This document shows positions 28,801-30,869 of a stretch of 30,869 nucleotides of DNA, one piece after another. This DNA comes from a virus (taxonomy: Duplodnaviria; Caudoviricetes). The stretch lies in the IMG/VR virus record IMGVR_UViG_3300025658_000009, positions 1 through 30,869 of that record. One strand, given 5' to 3'. Below the pieces are notes generated by a model, which worked only from the letters and a program-made list of their open reading frames with translations, did not search any database and had not been told where the DNA came from. The first letter of the stretch is position 1, and every line of letters begins with the position of its first letter. The translations under genes were made by a program, and so were the position numbers.

Positions 28801-29609
28801 TAACACTTATTCTTGACGTAGATGCTGGTGTAGGAACAGCAATGTATTACGGTGATGTAACTGGTAATGTAACTGGTGATGTAACTGGATTTGTTGAAAA
28901 TGAATTTGATTTAACAGGAAGTGCGAGTCCTAATTATGTGTTTAATGCTGATTCTAAATATTTTCTATCAAACACAAATAATCCTACACTATACTTAAAG
29001 AGAGGTGAAAGATATAAATTTGAAAACATTTCAGGCTCTCACCCATTTAGAATACAATCTGTTAATTCAGCAGCAGGTACTTTATATAACGACGGTGTTA
29101 CTAATAACGGAGGCACAGGTACTGTAACATTTATACCACCAATGGATGCACCAGATGAATTATATTATTATTGTGCTAACCATAGCTCAATGAACGGTGT
29201 TATTAAGATTGTAGGAGAAGGCAGCACTGCTTCGGCGAGAACAACAGGCGCTGCTACTGCAACTGCATTAGGAGATGAGTCAGCTGCTGATATTACAATT
29301 CCGTGCGCAAAAACATTTACATTATTAAAAATACAGACTAGCCATGCTGCATGGGTAACATTGTATATTGACACAGCATCAAGAACTAATGATGCAGGTA
29401 GAGATATTAATACTGATCCTGAAGCAGGTTCGGGTGTACTTGCTGAAGTTATTACATCAGACGGTAGCACAATTAACATTACACCTGGTACAATAGGGTG
29501 GAACAATGACGGAACACCAGCTGCTCAAGTATATGCAAAAGTTGTTAACAAAAGCGGAAGCCAACAAGATTTAACAGTAACATTACACTACGTAGCACTG
29601 GAGGTGTAA
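25815..29609 (+). CDS. Fibre/adhesin-like virion protein with YadA-head-like beta-roll repeats and a cupredoxin-like domain (1264 aa)
   Basis: It contains an N-terminal LTHTELDGN motif, FDGDYNSLTNKP repeats, VLxWxGxxW motifs, 28 x QGxxAVAIGxxAGxxx and NPTLYLKRG...HPF...LYYYCANHSSM. A GGGGG Shine-Dalgarno lies upstream. Confidence 0.8.
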   Translation: MPLILRTNKTEPLTHTELDGNLSHLDQRITALTNAEANKIITWTEIQSKPVLFDGDYNSLSNLPLLFNGDYNSLTNTPVTFDGNYQSLTNKPGIPSNLADLTNVQNTVPGVDQVLTWTGSSWSPQDKFSADYNDLTNKPVVPTLLSDLGNVSPTAPAPDEVLKWDGSQWAPGSDVGNIPTYAQVTDKAGVNGPQSIALGNGAGGTLDGTVAQEAAGVAIGLMAGRTDQKNNSVAIGTSAGNNTQGQDSVAIGEVAGMMTQGESSVAIGSGAGTTTQGSEAVAIGDLAGASTQGANATAVGNGAGEDTQGVSAVAVGDIAGALNQNTFAVAVGASAGMTNQGQAAVAIGKNSGETLQGSDTVAIGNSAGNTNQTAKAVAVGDWAGKTDQGASAVALGHLAGTTNQGQYATALGHYAGANDQSSNAIAVGYNAAYENQGTQAIAIGASSANNQSANAIAIGSSAANNTQGEEAIAIGKQAGNGTQGTQAIAIGTDAGLTTQSDYAIAIGQEAGKTTQGTLALAVGNRAGVTSQGDGAVALGYTAGNANQGNLAIAIGNAAGTTTQGTKAIAIGEEAGNTTQGATAIALGSDAGKTSQGNDGIAIGTSAALVTQGANSVAIGRLAANNDQGVNAIAIGDSAGKTTQGDYAIAIGNAAGETNQAANSIVMNATSTAVENTTADSFVVKPIRNGNGTHQLEYNPTTGEITYDALGAGGYGDADVFTYLNVTFANDGDVLSWDTTAGDYAWVAQSSGGAGIALTDLSVTTASAGTAALTYNNTTGVFTYTPPDLSSFSTFDGDYNSLTNKPTIPTAYTDSDVDTHLNQSNPTSGYVLSWTGTDYDWVAQSGGGGATSINTAGNTGTGSVTFASETLTATGATGQIIVDAAGFSLSFSLDADLTGLTTINSHTIPSGTGTLALTSDIPTITGHSNLVAWDLADTANSKVLDAGTAADSAWYYGDVVSDPANPATSVVLDISAATFAGNVMGEVHGDVKQADGLTLILDVDAGVGTAMYYGDVTGNVTGDVTGFVENEFDLTGSASPNYVFNADSKYFLSNTNNPTLYLKRGERYKFENISGSHPFRIQSVNSAAGTLYNDGVTNNGGTGTVTFIPPMDAPDELYYYCANHSSMNGVIKIVGEGSTASARTTGAATATALGDESAADITIPCAKTFTLLKIQTSHAAWVTLYIDTASRTNDAGRDINTDPEAGSGVLAEVITSDGSTINITPGTIGWNNDGTPAAQVYAKVVNKSGSQQDLTVTLHYVALEV
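26448..27788 (+). repeat. Coding tandem repeat: 28 units of 16 aa (48 bp), one unit 15 aa
   Basis: The units run from QEAAGVAIGLMAGRTD to QGDYAIAIGNAAGETN. 447 codons = 27 x 16 + 15. Confidence 0.9.
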
Positions 29610-29610
29610 C

Positions 29611-30869
29611 ATGGCAGAATATATTGTAACTCTTTTTCGTAAAGAAGATCTAGAGCAATTTTATTTAGATATGGCGTCAGCAGGATATAAATGTCTGTTG
29701 AAGCGTCCCTTGAGCAGAAATACACATTATGATCTAACAACAGAGCAAGTAAATGATATTCTAGCAGATGATCGAGTATGGGCAGTAGAACTTGTAGAAG
29801 AAATTAAAATTGCAAGGCAAATGTATACACCCAATCAACCATATCAAATTAATGGAACATTTTGGAAAGATGATACAATATCACCTTCCACTGTTAGTGT
29901 AAATGATTATCAATGGGCGCATTTGCATTGCAGCGGCAATATTGCAGATAGACAAAAAGGTAATTGGGGATCGACTGACGCAGTTGAAACTGCAACAGCA
30001 GGACCTTTTGAAATTTATAATGCTGGTAAAAATGTTGATGTAGTAATAGTAGATGATACTATGGCTTATGATTGTGAAGAATGGTATGGTCCTACTACAA
30101 ATGTAAATAGATTTGTCCAATACCAATGGTTCAACATACACAATAACGAAGTAAGCTCTATCGACGACGACGGTCAAACATTACCTACTGGTAACATTAA
30201 CTACTATACAAATGATAGTCTTCCAGTATATCATGGCAATCACGTTGGAGGAACTATTGCAGGAAAACATTACGGCTGGGCAAATGAAGCAAATATTTAC
30301 AATTTAGCTGTACTAAGTCCGTATGTAACAGGACAGCAAGTAGGACCATATCTAATTTTTGATTATTTGAGAGCATTCCATTTAAATAAAGAAATTAATC
30401 TAGAAACAGGTTATCGAAATCCTACAATTACAAATCACAGTTACGGCGGCGTAAGAGTGAAAACAGATGAAACTAGTATTGTATTTGGAGATATTACACA
30501 GGTTGTATATCAAGGAGCAACTTACACTCCAGCATCTCCTCCTTCAGGAGGATGGACTCAAAGTGTTTTAGAAAGAGATTTTGGACTACGATTTAATACA
30601 GGCGCATATCCATCTTATAGTACTGGAATTGTTGCAGATGTACAAGATGCTATTGAGGACGGAGTTGTAATTATAGGTGCCGCAGGCAATGACAATCTAT
30701 ATATGGCAGAAAGCACATTAGATCCAAATTGGTATAACACTGCAACAATTACCGGAATAGGTACCATACCTTATATGAAAGGTGCTTGGCCTAATAGTGT
30801 AGACTCTGGTGCAATTACTGTTGGCTCTTTAAGTAACCGTGCTGACTTTAGACGATCTTCTTTTAGTAA
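29611..30869 (+). CDS. Peptidase S8 (subtilisin-like serine protease), 3'-partial; absent from the ORF track
   Basis: The SD GGAGG (29600-29604) precedes MAEYIVTL..., and the frame runs to the window end. Motifs are the catalytic Asp GKNVDVVIVDD (30052), His HGNHVGGTIAG (30232), oxyanion IIGAAGND (30688) and terminal RSSFS. The catalytic Ser would lie beyond the window. Confidence 0.9.
   Translation, partial: MAEYIVTLFRKEDLEQFYLDMASAGYKCLLKRPLSRNTHYDLTTEQVNDILADDRVWAVELVEEIKIARQMYTPNQPYQINGTFWKDDTISPSTVSVNDYQWAHLHCSGNIADRQKGNWGSTDAVETATAGPFEIYNAGKNVDVVIVDDTMAYDCEEWYGPTTNVNRFVQYQWFNIHNNEVSSIDDDGQTLPTGNINYYTNDSLPVYHGNHVGGTIAGKHYGWANEANIYNLAVLSPYVTGQQVGPYLIFDYLRAFHLNKEINLETGYRNPTITNHSYGGVRVKTDETSIVFGDITQVVYQGATYTPASPPSGGWTQSVLERDFGLRFNTGAYPSYSTGIVADVQDAIEDGVVIIGAAGNDNLYMAESTLDPNWYNTATITGIGTIPYMKGAWPNSVDSGAITVGSLSNRADFRRSSFS

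Noticed and set aside
28851-28888. 12-bp tandem repeat ggt(g/a)atgtaact x3
   Set aside because: It encodes the common fibre motif GDVTGNVTGDVTG. It is not a regulatory or contingency repeat.
1-30869. Stop-codon reassignment, tRNA genes, invertase/shufflon or tail-chaperone frameshift
   Set aside because: Very long ORFs are intact under the standard code and TAG ends genes (19897, 25803). Intergenic gaps are at most about 100 bp with no cloverleaf seen. No recombinase or split ORF needing a frameshift was found.

Overview
This is an AT-rich, densely coding segment of a large T4-like (contractile-tailed) dsDNA phage covering the neck, tail and fibre module; the standard genetic code fits. From left to right: a 5'-truncated giant tail fibre (>=2508 aa) ending in a peptidase S74 intramolecular chaperone, then a translationally coupled 2577-aa adhesin with two glycine-rich domains, about 13 Ig/Calx-beta-like repeats and a beta-propeller. 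Next come a minus-strand Nudix hydrolase, gp15-like tail terminator and gp14-like neck gene, with gp14 divergent from gp13. An antisense cassette (HAD 5'-deoxyribonucleotidase plus DUF3310) sits under a sigma70-type promoter, followed by a Zn-ribbon/degenerate HNH gene divergent from an enlarged 1073-aa tail sheath. The right end holds the tail tube, a tube-fold paralog, a hypothetical protein, a 1264-aa fibre with 28 tandem 16-aa beta-roll repeats and a cupredoxin-like copper-site domain, and a 3'-truncated S8 subtilisin missing from the ORF track. The most notable signals are ATAAATA late-promoter motifs at six gene starts (one pair forming a perfect inverted repeat, several positioned for leaderless mRNA), a possible giant gp37/gp38-type fibre-adhesin pair, and a fibre with an intact type-1 copper motif coupled to a protease. 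All product calls come from motif recognition by eye; no database searches were run.
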